Positions 1-7,466 of a stretch of DNA of 20,000 bases are shown here, piece after piece. This DNA comes from an uncultured virus (IMG/VR IMGVR_UViG_3300020557_000008) (taxonomy: Duplodnaviria; Heunggongvirae; Uroviricota; Caudoviricetes): positions 56,635-76,634 of IMG/VR virus record IMGVR_UViG_3300020557_000008. The stretch is one strand, 5' to 3'. Every line of letters starts with the position of its first letter. The first letter of the stretch is position 1. Made by a program: the position numbers and the translations under genes. Under the pieces are notes generated by a model, which had not been told where the DNA came from, did not search any database, and saw only the letters and a list, made by a program, of their open reading frames with translations.

Positions 1-676
1 AAGAAATGTAAACGTATCTCTCCCCACTCAGGCATGGCCTCACTTCATGTGTGCCAAGGTAGTTTGATGGGAATATGAGCAAATCGCCAGATTTTGGTTG
101 ATGTACAGAATTGGCATATACGAATTCAATTTCTCCACCGCTGTATTCATATTTGCCTAGTTCTTTTTGACTCCCAACGGACGAATTTAAATACAGCAAC
201 ACACTCAATACATGCCTTGTAGCAAGTTGTAAATCCGGCTCAAAACCAACTTGATAATTCACTTCGTTGTCGTTGTGAGTCCCCATGCTGCTGCCTGCGC
301 CATAAGCGGCCACATGGCCAGTTTCCGTCCACCATATATTTGGGAGAACATGCGGGTACATTTCTATGTACATCAAAAGATGTTCATAGATGGTTTTTTC
401 ACATTCATTAAAAAATTCAACCAACTCTTTCGGACTATCTTCGTTGATGAAGTCCATGATGTGACTTGCGCTCTTTTTTATGTCTTCAATTTCGTATCTG
501 TGGCCGCTTCTGTTTATCGCATAAGGCTCTTGTCCATCCTCATGAACAATGGTGTAATCGTCTTTAATTGCCTTCTCTTTGAGCGATGAAAAATATGGAA
601 TAACCAGGTCTTGGTCAACTTCTATAGAATTTGGGAAACAGACAATGCCCATGCCGTAATTTATTGAAGTTTCCAT
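1..676 (-). CDS. 2OG-Fe(II) oxygenase, prolyl-4-hydroxylase-like (3' end runs off the window); paralog of 2506..3537
   Basis: Not in the ORF track because it is open at the window edge. Manual translation from the ATG at 676 gives METSINYGMGIVCFPNSIEVDQDLVIPY...LPNIWWTETGHVAAYGAGSSMGTHNDNEVNY...VLSVLLYLNS...YSGGEIEF...GDLLIFPSNYLGTHEVRPCLSGERYVYIS. The HxD...H...R motif is intact. Confidence 0.88.
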   Translation of the reverse strand, partial: METSINYGMGIVCFPNSIEVDQDLVIPYFSSLKEKAIKDDYTIVHEDGQEPYAINRSGHRYEIEDIKKSASHIMDFINEDSPKELVEFFNECEKTIYEHLLMYIEMYPHVLPNIWWTETGHVAAYGAGSSMGTHNDNEVNYQVGFEPDLQLATRHVLSVLLYLNSSVGSQKELGKYEYSGGEIEFVYANSVHQPKSGDLLIFPSNYLGTHEVRPCLSGERYVYIS

Positions 677-682
677 ACACAA

Positions 683-688
683 ATACTA
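683..688 (-). promoter_or_regulatory. Putative -10 element (TAGTAT) for a leaderless transcript
   Basis: TANNNT hexamer 6 nt upstream of the ATG at 676; no SD. Confidence 0.55.
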
Positions 689-715
689 TATGGGCACAAA
701 CCCACAAGCAAGAAT

Positions 716-1462
716 CTAATTCTTTACAAAAACCGTAACCCCGTAAAATTGCGGAAAATGATACGAGGTTCCCGACAAGCCTTTGAGATTTTCATGGAAC
801 TGGTAATACGGGTGCCAAGTGTATGAGGACGAGTACATATTTGATGCATCGTTTGTTGCGGAAATAACAAGCGTCCCGCCCGGAGCCAAAGCGTTGACCA
901 ACGAATCGAGATACTCCATATCAAACGCCACATCCCAGGATTGAACTGCAATCATTTCAAATTGTTCATCGATTCCAGAAATAAGTTCTGACTTGTCGTA
1001 CACCGAGTACCCAAAGGAGGTGTGCTCGTAAACGTTTTTTAGATTTTTCTCATACATGAAAAGGCCGACATCGTTCACAAAATTTATATTTGCATTTTTG
1101 AAACCGTCAAAAACATTTTCTGGCGCCAAAAGAAAACGAGACACCGAACTGCTAAGTCCCCCAACAAACAGTATTGATGTTGGTTGCTTGGTGCGAATTA
1201 AAAAATCCTCTATTGCCATTTGGGGAATTATCGCGCCAACCCAAAATTCATCAGTCATGTCTTTTGAAACTCGCCACTGCATTGACACGGTGGACAAACC
1301 CACAGCGTTATGGCTCAAGTCAACACTTGCCTCGGCCATCGTGTTCCAGCACTTGGTTGACCAGTCTTCCATGTTTGTTTTAAATTCATTGGAGACCAGC
1401 GACGTGCCAGACGAAGAAAGTTGTGTACTTACCATTCCGGCGAAAAGGACTTCTGGTTTCAT
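716..1462 (-). CDS. Class I SAM-dependent methyltransferase-like protein (divergent)
   Basis: 248 aa. EQFEMIAV...LVNALAPGGTLVIS resembles the FD.I...L.PGG.L motifs of Rossmann methyltransferases. Motif I (ILFVGGLSS) is degenerate. The start overlaps the upstream stop (ATGA). Confidence 0.55.
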   Translation of the reverse strand: MKPEVLFAGMVSTQLSSSGTSLVSNEFKTNMEDWSTKCWNTMAEASVDLSHNAVGLSTVSMQWRVSKDMTDEFWVGAIIPQMAIEDFLIRTKQPTSILFVGGLSSSVSRFLLAPENVFDGFKNANINFVNDVGLFMYEKNLKNVYEHTSFGYSVYDKSELISGIDEQFEMIAVQSWDVAFDMEYLDSLVNALAPGGTLVISATNDASNMYSSSYTWHPYYQFHENLKGLSGTSYHFPQFYGVTVFVKN

Positions 1463-1761
1463 AGTTCTTTCCCGTATTTAGATACTTGCAAATAGAAAAA
1501 AGCATTTCTAAGTTTCGGTATAAAGAAACTGTAATTGCGATAAATAAATGGATACGCTGGGTCTCTTCCAAATCCAGAATCTTTTGTGGAAAAAGTTTCT
1601 CTTAGGGCAGTGATAATTTGACCAATTTCGTAACTTTCAAAGTTGGCAGGGTCGAGACCGGTAACAAAAAGAATTTCAGCGATGTCTTGCCACAAATCCA
1701 CAATATGCTTATCTGCGTCAAAAAGTTTTTCTGCTGAATTGGCAGCACACGACCTTGGCAT
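1459..1761 (-). CDS. Hypothetical protein with helix-G(L/V)D motif
   Basis: 100-aa ORF tightly packed in the operon. IAEILFVTGLDPANFE resembles motifs in 1957..2172 and 2176..2424. Confidence 0.7.
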   Translation of the reverse strand: MPRSCAANSAEKLFDADKHIVDLWQDIAEILFVTGLDPANFESYEIGQIITALRETFSTKDSGFGRDPAYPFIYRNYSFFIPKLRNAFFYLQVSKYGKEL

Positions 1762-1765
1762 ATCT

Positions 1766-1954
1766 TTACTGCTCTTTCGCTAAAAATCGGTCAGTGATAT
1801 CGCAATTCATCATTTGACCGTTTTTAAATTCCCACTGCCTTGTGTCTGGGTTCCATTGAGCAACATTGTTCTCATAATCCTTATACCTCAGCATGCGCGG
1901 CTTTTCTTCCTTTGCCTCATCTAGGTGAAGTGGAACAACTGGCTTTGGAATCAT
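1766..1954 (-). CDS. Hypothetical protein (62 aa)
   Basis: Fills the gap between neighbours exactly, with 2-nt and 4-nt spacers. Confidence 0.65.
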   Translation of the reverse strand: MIPKPVVPLHLDEAKEEKPRMLRYKDYENNVAQWNPDTRQWEFKNGQMMNCDITDRFLAKEQ

Positions 1955-1956
1955 GT

Positions 1957-2172
1957 CTAAGAGTCAGAAATCAAAACGTAATTGGCTACTTGACGCTTCA
2001 GCGATTCATGAGCAGCATATTCCGAATGCCCCTCTGGCAAATCGTGGTCGTATGAATCATCAATTGTCGATACGTCGACGCCAAGCGACATGCACAAGAC
2101 GCCGATTGAGTGCTCAAGAAGTTTTTTTGCTTCTTGTTTTGCCTTGGCAAGTTGCGCTTCTGAGAGGTTCAT
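1957..2172 (-). CDS. Hypothetical small helical protein
   Basis: 71 aa, operon-packed, contains IGVLCMSLGVDVSTID. Confidence 0.72.
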   Translation of the reverse strand: MNLSEAQLAKAKQEAKKLLEHSIGVLCMSLGVDVSTIDDSYDHDLPEGHSEYAAHESLKRQVANYVLISDS

Positions 2173-2175
2173 TGA

Positions 2176-2424
2176 TTACCCAAGTTTTTCTAGACGTGAT
2201 TTGAGGGACGCAATCGTTTCAAGTTTTTTCTTTACGTCCAGTTTCCATTGCTGAACATCTGTCTGGTTCTCGGCGAAAGACTCAGAAAAAGTGGCTTCGT
2301 CAAAGGTGTCAACGTCTACCCCGTAGCGAAGCAGTACGCCAAATACTTCTGTTTCCTGCGCTGCAATTGCCTCTTCCACAAGGCGCTTTTGTGTCGCTAC
2401 GTCAATATTTGTGTTGAGTTTCAT
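2176..2424 (-). CDS. Hypothetical small helical/coiled-coil protein
   Basis: 82 aa with a strong SD (AAGGAGA) just upstream; contains VFGVLLRYGVDVDTFD and has a coiled-coil-like C-terminus. Confidence 0.8.
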   Translation of the reverse strand: MKLNTNIDVATQKRLVEEAIAAQETEVFGVLLRYGVDVDTFDEATFSESFAENQTDVQQWKLDVKKKLETIASLKSRLEKLG

Positions 2425-2463
2425 TGGTCTCCTTTTAGCCGCGTCTTGACCGTTGTTGATTCA

Positions 2464-2472
2464 ATAATAGCA
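2464..2472 (-). promoter_or_regulatory. Putative extended -10 promoter (TGcTATTAT) for the 2424-to-716 operon
   Basis: TGnTANNNT in the intergenic region, about 40 nt upstream of an SD-bearing ATG. Confidence 0.5.
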
Positions 2473-2505
2473 CTGCTACTCAAAAAAAGGCAAAGGTGGC
2501 GACGC

Positions 2506-3537
2506 CTATAGCGACTGAACCTTGCCTCGTTTATTGTTGGCATCAAATACGTCTGAGTGCCTGTACGCCTGCTTCAGGCCATCCTCCCCTTCTAGCGACC
2601 TATTTTGGAAAAGGGGATTTGGCTTACCGCTTAACTCCTCCTCGGATTTACCAAACTCCTCAATGCCACAGTACTTTTTATAATCTTCGTATAATGGCTC
2701 TAACCAATGCGGCTCGCACCACGCCTTTACCGTATCAACGTCGAATACTTCCACGAGCACATTGGGGTCACTGCTTCCTTGAGCGTAAAAAGTTAAATAT
2801 CCGTACCGATTTCCTTCGGTGACAGTGCGAACGCCATGAGTCGCAATGAAATTACATGGAAACACAACTATGTCTCCTGCTTTGGCCTGATACTCAACCC
2901 CCAAATAAGGAAAGAATAATTCGCCGCCTGAATACTGGTTCTCGCCAACCGTTCCCTCATCGACGCAATCGTTGAAATAAGCCATGATTGCAATTGTCTG
3001 ACGTGCACCCAATTGTCCCTTCGGTATGTACTTCTTACCTTTTTCGGCTCTAAAATTTGTGTCGTTGTCATTGTGAACTCCCAAGTAGTTGCCCTTGGAG
3101 TATCTCAAAGCATGCCCTCTAGTCCTCCACCAAAGAGTTGGCAAAACCATTGGAAATTCGTGTATGTATTTCAGTACACATTTATAAATTGAATCTTCCA
3201 GATATCGAAAGAAATCAATCATATTTTGTTCGGTGTTCTCGTTGACAACCTGAAGCACTCTCACCGGCACTTCGTTCATCTGCTCTATGGAGAATTTATT
3301 GCCGTCTTCGTTTACGGCATATTTATTTCCTTCTAGGTCGTAGTCAAATTTCCATCTTTGCTCATGCGCATGCTTCCCTTCTTTGTCAATCCATGGAAGT
3401 AATTGTTCTTGATTTACCTTGAAGGCATTTGGAAATGCGATTACACCGCCACCAAGTTTGACCATGTCCATAGCCATGATTTCCTTGACTGCTTGGTCAT
3501 CAATTGTTGGATAATAACCAAAGTATCTATCGTCCAT
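2506..3537 (-). CDS. 2OG-Fe(II) oxygenase, prolyl-4-hydroxylase-like, with N- and C-terminal extensions
   Basis: 343 aa. LRYSKGNYLGVHNDND...IMAYFND...YSGGELFF...GDIVVFP...THGVRTVTEGNRY gives HxD...H...R. Confidence 0.9.
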   Translation of the reverse strand: MDDRYFGYYPTIDDQAVKEIMAMDMVKLGGGVIAFPNAFKVNQEQLLPWIDKEGKHAHEQRWKFDYDLEGNKYAVNEDGNKFSIEQMNEVPVRVLQVVNENTEQNMIDFFRYLEDSIYKCVLKYIHEFPMVLPTLWWRTRGHALRYSKGNYLGVHNDNDTNFRAEKGKKYIPKGQLGARQTIAIMAYFNDCVDEGTVGENQYSGGELFFPYLGVEYQAKAGDIVVFPCNFIATHGVRTVTEGNRYGYLTFYAQGSSDPNVLVEVFDVDTVKAWCEPHWLEPLYEDYKKYCGIEEFGKSEEELSGKPNPLFQNRSLEGEDGLKQAYRHSDVFDANNKRGKVQSL

Positions 3538-3544
3538 AAGGCAA

Positions 3545-3553
3545 ATTATAACA
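3545..3553 (-). promoter_or_regulatory. Consensus extended -10 promoter (TGTTATAAT), leaderless
   Basis: Perfect TGnTATAAT 7 nt upstream of the ATG at 3537. Confidence 0.7.
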
Positions 3554-4261
3554 TTATTGATTTGGAACAGAAATTACAGGAAGTCCTGTGAATGTTGGCC
3601 CAATAGTATTGCCATCAGCGTCAAGACCTGTCTTTATGCCTTTTGTCCATGTCCATGGACGTTCATTATTGTTGTCGCTCTTTAGTTGTCCATATTTCAT
3701 TCTTTGTTCCATAAGTTCTTTGTCATCCCATAAATTTGATACCGAAACGGTCGCATCCGTCATAACCCTGTTGTCGTATATGTTAAAGAAGCAAATTGGC
3801 TCACCGGCCTTGAATGTGACAGGCGCGCCAATGACATTAATTTTCCAGTTCATTTGAACCTCGTCTGGCCACCAAAATGTAGGAACAGTTGCTGAAAGTG
3901 CCTGTGCGTCACTTCTCAAATAGTTTGGCGAACCAGAAAACCAAGTACTGTAATTTTTTTCTGTTCTCACGACCCAGCCCATTGCAAAAGAAACCATTCC
4001 AATTATTGAGCAGTGGACTTGTGTAAAACCGCTTGATGTTTTTTCGCCAGACAATATTTTGGGGACTGAGTTGCCGCCATCCCACTGGACAACAACATCC
4101 TCACTCAGCACCAGTTCCCAACCTAAAACATTCGCGACAGACATTGGCATGCATTGATAAGCATGCTTTTTGTAGGTCTCATCCATCCAGTCTCGCTTGA
4201 TTCGCGACTGTCTAATTTCTGGCGGGTTTTGTGTCGTTTTTACAAACTGAACATTTGTCAC
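3554..4261 (-). CDS. DUF6065-like protein
   Basis: 235 aa. RDWMD...HAYQCMPMSVANVLGWEL and SGSPNY...MNWKI...FKAGEPICF match the DUF6065 pattern as I recall it. The start overlaps the stop of the upstream oxygenase, implying translational coupling. Confidence 0.7.
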   Translation of the reverse strand: MTNVQFVKTTQNPPEIRQSRIKRDWMDETYKKHAYQCMPMSVANVLGWELVLSEDVVVQWDGGNSVPKILSGEKTSSGFTQVHCSIIGMVSFAMGWVVRTEKNYSTWFSGSPNYLRSDAQALSATVPTFWWPDEVQMNWKINVIGAPVTFKAGEPICFFNIYDNRVMTDATVSVSNLWDDKELMEQRMKYGQLKSDNNNERPWTWTKGIKTGLDADGNTIGPTFTGLPVISVPNQ

Positions 4262-4947
4262 TGTGATGTGCTCACCCCACGTGTTGCCGCAACTGGAGAA
4301 TAAGACTGAACCTGCTTGTGGTTCTTGTCGTTGTAGTCAAACATTGTGACGGCAGAATATTTCACTCCGCTCTGAACTGGAAGTGCTGCGTGAGCGAAAA
4401 TGTATGTCGATGGGAAGAAAACAATGTCTCCTGCTTCTGGCTTGAACTTCAAGTCAAAATATGGGAAGAACAGTTCTCCACCTTCATAATCATCGTTTAG
4501 ATACATGATGGACGATATCGTGCATGTGTAAGAAAATCCGTGGTCGGTGTGAGTTTGAAAGTGTTGTTTTGGTCCGTACTTGACGTAATTAATTGCTTCC
4601 ATCCATTCCATTTTTACGTTGTACATTGACTCATAATGACGCAAGCACGGCGTGAGTCTTTCGATTGTGTCTGACCAAATGGCCTTTATTTCCAAGAACT
4701 CGCCTGGCGCCTGGTTCGCAAGTTGTTCGCTAATTTTGCAGTCAAAACAGTCCCTGTAGTCGGGCATCTTTTCCTGGTGTCCGACAAGGGCCTCCATCCA
4801 CATGTACGGGGGTGTTGTGCTCGTCCCTATCGTCTCCTCCAAGCGCTCTATCAAACGCAGTTCTTTGGGGAGCATATTTCTGTAGACCATAATCGCGAAG
4901 CGAGGGTCTCCAAGATATTCGCACGAAACATTTATGGCTGAGTTCAT
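4258..4947 (-). CDS. 2OG-Fe(II) oxygenase, prolyl-4-hydroxylase-like
   Basis: 229 aa. VKYGPKQHFQTHTD...IMYLNDDYEGGELFF...FPSTYIFAHAALPVQSGVKYS gives HxD...H, with Lys at the 2OG-binding position. SD GAAAGGT. Confidence 0.92.
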   Translation of the reverse strand: MNSAINVSCEYLGDPRFAIMVYRNMLPKELRLIERLEETIGTSTTPPYMWMEALVGHQEKMPDYRDCFDCKISEQLANQAPGEFLEIKAIWSDTIERLTPCLRHYESMYNVKMEWMEAINYVKYGPKQHFQTHTDHGFSYTCTISSIMYLNDDYEGGELFFPYFDLKFKPEAGDIVFFPSTYIFAHAALPVQSGVKYSAVTMFDYNDKNHKQVQSYSPVAATRGVSTSQ

Positions 4948-4980
4948 TGTATTGGACCTTTCTTGACCTGGGATGTCGTG

Positions 4981-4990
4981 ATAGTAGAAT
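4981..4990. promoter_or_regulatory. Overlapping divergent -10 elements (TACTAT on minus, TAGAAT on plus)
   Basis: Plus-strand TAGAAT (4985-4990) lies 6 nt before the ATG at 4997. Minus-strand TACTAT (4986-4981) lies upstream of the gene starting at 4947. The two share the central TA. Confidence 0.6.
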
Positions 4991-4996
4991 GTTCTT

Positions 4997-5860
4997 ATGA
5001 GTATAGCGCCTATTTCGGGGGCAATCGAAACCCTGCCATTGTCTATTTACGACATAAAAATCAAGTCAGCCGACGGGAAAAACAGTGACGTTTTGGGTGA
5101 CGCAAGGGGTAAGGTAACCCTGCTTTTCAATGTCGCCGCAGGCTGCGGGAATATTCCTCAACACGGCGTAATTGAGCAACTTCATCAAATGTATAAGGGA
5201 AACCCAGATTTTAAAATTTTGGCTGTGGTTGTTGACGACTTTGTGTGTCACGGATACGAACAGTTCCAGGGCGGACTCGCTTCTTATGCTGAAAAAAATG
5301 CGCTGAGCATGACCCCAGGTCAAATAGCACAGGATTATGCCAAGACCCATTTCGGCTCAACATACGAATTCACTGAGTTGACAAACGGTAGATACGACAA
5401 GCACTCGTACAGCGAAGACTATGTTCCAAATGCTCAAAAGATTCAGGACATTCATGAATTGTGGTTTTATTTGACTGGTTGTCATTCGGCAGATTTTCAA
5501 GAAAACGGAACCCCCTATACTGACGAATTTATTCCTTGGGCAAAAGTAAAGGCGTCAAAGCCAGATGACAAAAGGGGAATGTCCAATTTGACTGGTAATT
5601 TTACAAAGTTTTTGATTGATAGGACAGGAACGCAATATTTGCGCTATCACAATGGATTTCTTCTCGGTGAACGAACACCGCATGGCGAGCCATTCCCTTG
5701 GTGGCAGGGTGAGGGTTTGGAAAAACTCAAACAAGAATTGGGAGAAAAAGAATTTTTTGAGTGGACAAACGCCCCGTATCCAACAAAGTTGCAACAAAAG
5801 GGAATTAACGAATCCCTGAGAATAATCAAAAACGATATCGATTACATGCTCGGGATGTAA
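4997..5860 (+). CDS. Glutathione-peroxidase-like (thioredoxin-fold) protein, atypical active site
   Basis: 287 aa. SIYDIKIKSADG...RGKVTLLFNVAAGCGNIPQH and NFTKFLIDRTG correspond to the GPx signatures NVASxCG and WNFxKFLIDxxG. Confidence 0.8.
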   Translation: MSIAPISGAIETLPLSIYDIKIKSADGKNSDVLGDARGKVTLLFNVAAGCGNIPQHGVIEQLHQMYKGNPDFKILAVVVDDFVCHGYEQFQGGLASYAEKNALSMTPGQIAQDYAKTHFGSTYEFTELTNGRYDKHSYSEDYVPNAQKIQDIHELWFYLTGCHSADFQENGTPYTDEFIPWAKVKASKPDDKRGMSNLTGNFTKFLIDRTGTQYLRYHNGFLLGERTPHGEPFPWWQGEGLEKLKQELGEKEFFEWTNAPYPTKLQQKGINESLRIIKNDIDYMLGM

Positions 5861-6880
5861 TCACTTAATCAGAAACAACTTATTCCTATTTGGGATGGGT
5901 AGCAAAGAGTCTTTATTGTCCTCAATATTGACTTTTTCAAATATGCCAAACAGCGCGTTTCTCGTTAGTGATTTTTCGTTGTTTGGTATCGCATCGCAAT
6001 ACAATGACTTCCCTTGCCATGCGATTGCGTCGCCTTCCATGGGCATGTGTTGATATATTTTCCCAACATCTGCATTTGCCAACCTGTGACAGTAGTGAAT
6101 ATATTCGTTGTATTTTTCATTGGAGGTTAGGTCCCCAATGATGTTTTGGTCAAGGTCCAGCGCATGCGAACCTGCCGCTATTTGTAATACTCCAGAAATT
6201 GGATGATGGTCTTCTATGGCAACCATTTCTATAACTGTGCCCGGCGAAGTGATTGGCTCATTGCACCATGGCGCCTCCATCTTCCAATGGTGCTGCGACG
6301 ACCATGTAAAAGCATGAACAAATCTAAGTCCATATGCCGTGTTCATTGAATCTGCCAATGACTCCATGAAGTCGTTGCACAGAATAGAGACAATTGACTC
6401 CGATACAAGATATTCTTTTGTTGAAAACAAATAAGACTTTTTTTTGGTGCCCGTCTTTAAAAGCATTTCTTTTGCATATTTTGATTTGTAGTCGCTAATC
6501 GCATCTTTTGGTGCTCCGCCTAAACAAACGGAATAACCCTTATCTACAAAATCACCATGATTTTCGCTAGAGGTGTACTGCTCAAGTAATCGATAGTCAA
6601 TATATGATTTACGTCCGCCATTTGTTTTATGCCCATATCCGTTGATATGAATGTTTTTCCCAAAAGTATTTAAAGCATGAAGGAAGCCAACGGACTCAAC
6701 AAAACCCACATCCAAACCAAGTTCGTCTATTTTTCCTTCTGCTATTTGTGCCCATGCATTGGCTACGGCTTGATATCCAGTTGTTTCCCCAACCCAGAAG
6801 TGTCTAGCAATAATTTCGGTAACTGTGTAGTCGTGCCACGCAGTTGATGTATCAAAATCTTTTGGTTTATTTACACTCAC
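5861..6880 (-). CDS. Phytanoyl-CoA-dioxygenase (PhyH)-like fold protein, probably lacking Fe ligands
   Basis: 339 aa, GTG start. VAIEDHHPISGVLQIAAGSH and EGDAIAW...TRNAL match the PhyH patterns (ALED...G.L...PGSH; GD.L.W), but no HxD is present at the expected position. Confidence 0.6.
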   Translation of the reverse strand: MSVNKPKDFDTSTAWHDYTVTEIIARHFWVGETTGYQAVANAWAQIAEGKIDELGLDVGFVESVGFLHALNTFGKNIHINGYGHKTNGGRKSYIDYRLLEQYTSSENHGDFVDKGYSVCLGGAPKDAISDYKSKYAKEMLLKTGTKKKSYLFSTKEYLVSESIVSILCNDFMESLADSMNTAYGLRFVHAFTWSSQHHWKMEAPWCNEPITSPGTVIEMVAIEDHHPISGVLQIAAGSHALDLDQNIIGDLTSNEKYNEYIHYCHRLANADVGKIYQHMPMEGDAIAWQGKSLYCDAIPNNEKSLTRNALFGIFEKVNIEDNKDSLLPIPNRNKLFLIK

Positions 6881-6886
6881 AAATTC

Positions 6887-6896
6887 AGACTATCAT
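6887..6896. promoter_or_regulatory. Overlapping divergent -10 elements (TAGTCT on minus, TATCAT on plus), both leaderless
   Basis: 22-nt intergenic gap. Each hexamer lies exactly 6 nt from its start codon (GTG 6880, ATG 6903), and they share the TA at 6891-6892. Confidence 0.68.
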
Positions 6897-6902
6897 AACT
6901 AT

Positions 6903-7466
6903 ATGGGAATAAACCGTGTCGTCGGCCTTGTTTCTCTTGGAGTAATGGGGTCATCGCTTGCGTCATCATTGCTTTCGTCTGGGCATTCGGTTATATGGGC
7001 CTCCCATGGTCGTTCACAAAAAACAATTGACAGGGCTCGCTCTGTGGGCGCCATTGATGTTGGGACAATCAAAGAACTTTCAGACCGTTCTGATGTAATT
7101 ATGTCTGTTGGGTTTGGCAATAGCGGGCCAGAAACCGCAGAACGTTTGATACATGTGGGCTTTGACAAAATTCTTGTTGACTTCAATTCATTGTGGGGAG
7201 AGTCATCAGAGCATTCTTTTTATGAGACTGTGGCGCAAGGTAAGTATGATTACGTTGACGGAGCAATCCATGGATACCCGCTCAACAGTTCTTTTGATAA
7301 AGATGGGTTGACTCGCTTGATGCTCCTGCATGGCGAGCATGCTCAATTTATTGGGTCTCTGTTTACTGATGATATTTGGACAATCATCTACTGTAAAGAA
7401 AAGGCAAAAAAGGAAAATAGGATTATGAGCCAACGACCGTATAGAACGATGGAGTCGTATACCTAA
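6903..7466 (+). CDS. NAD(P)-binding Rossmann protein of the 6-phosphogluconate/3-hydroxyisobutyrate dehydrogenase family, N-terminal domain only
   Basis: 187 aa. VGLVSLGVMGSSLA...GHSVIWAS.GRS..T..RA...SDVIMSV...VDFNS...YVDGAIHG. Overlaps the convergent gene by 44 bp. Confidence 0.72.
   Translation: MGINRVVGLVSLGVMGSSLASSLLSSGHSVIWASHGRSQKTIDRARSVGAIDVGTIKELSDRSDVIMSVGFGNSGPETAERLIHVGFDKILVDFNSLWGESSEHSFYETVAQGKYDYVDGAIHGYPLNSSFDKDGLTRLMLLHGEHAQFIGSLFTDDIWTIIYCKEKAKKENRIMSQRPYRTMESYT

Noticed and set aside
251..589. Plus-strand 112-aa ORF
   Set aside because: It is the antisense shadow of the 2OG oxygenase on the minus strand (676 to 1).
2481..2508. Possible terminator after 2506..3537 (aggcg...tgcct followed by a T run on the minus strand)
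   Set aside because: The stem is only about 5 bp with a large loop, too weak to call.
4997..5860. Selenocysteine-containing GPx
   Set aside because: The active-site codon is TGC (Cys) and there is no in-frame TGA.
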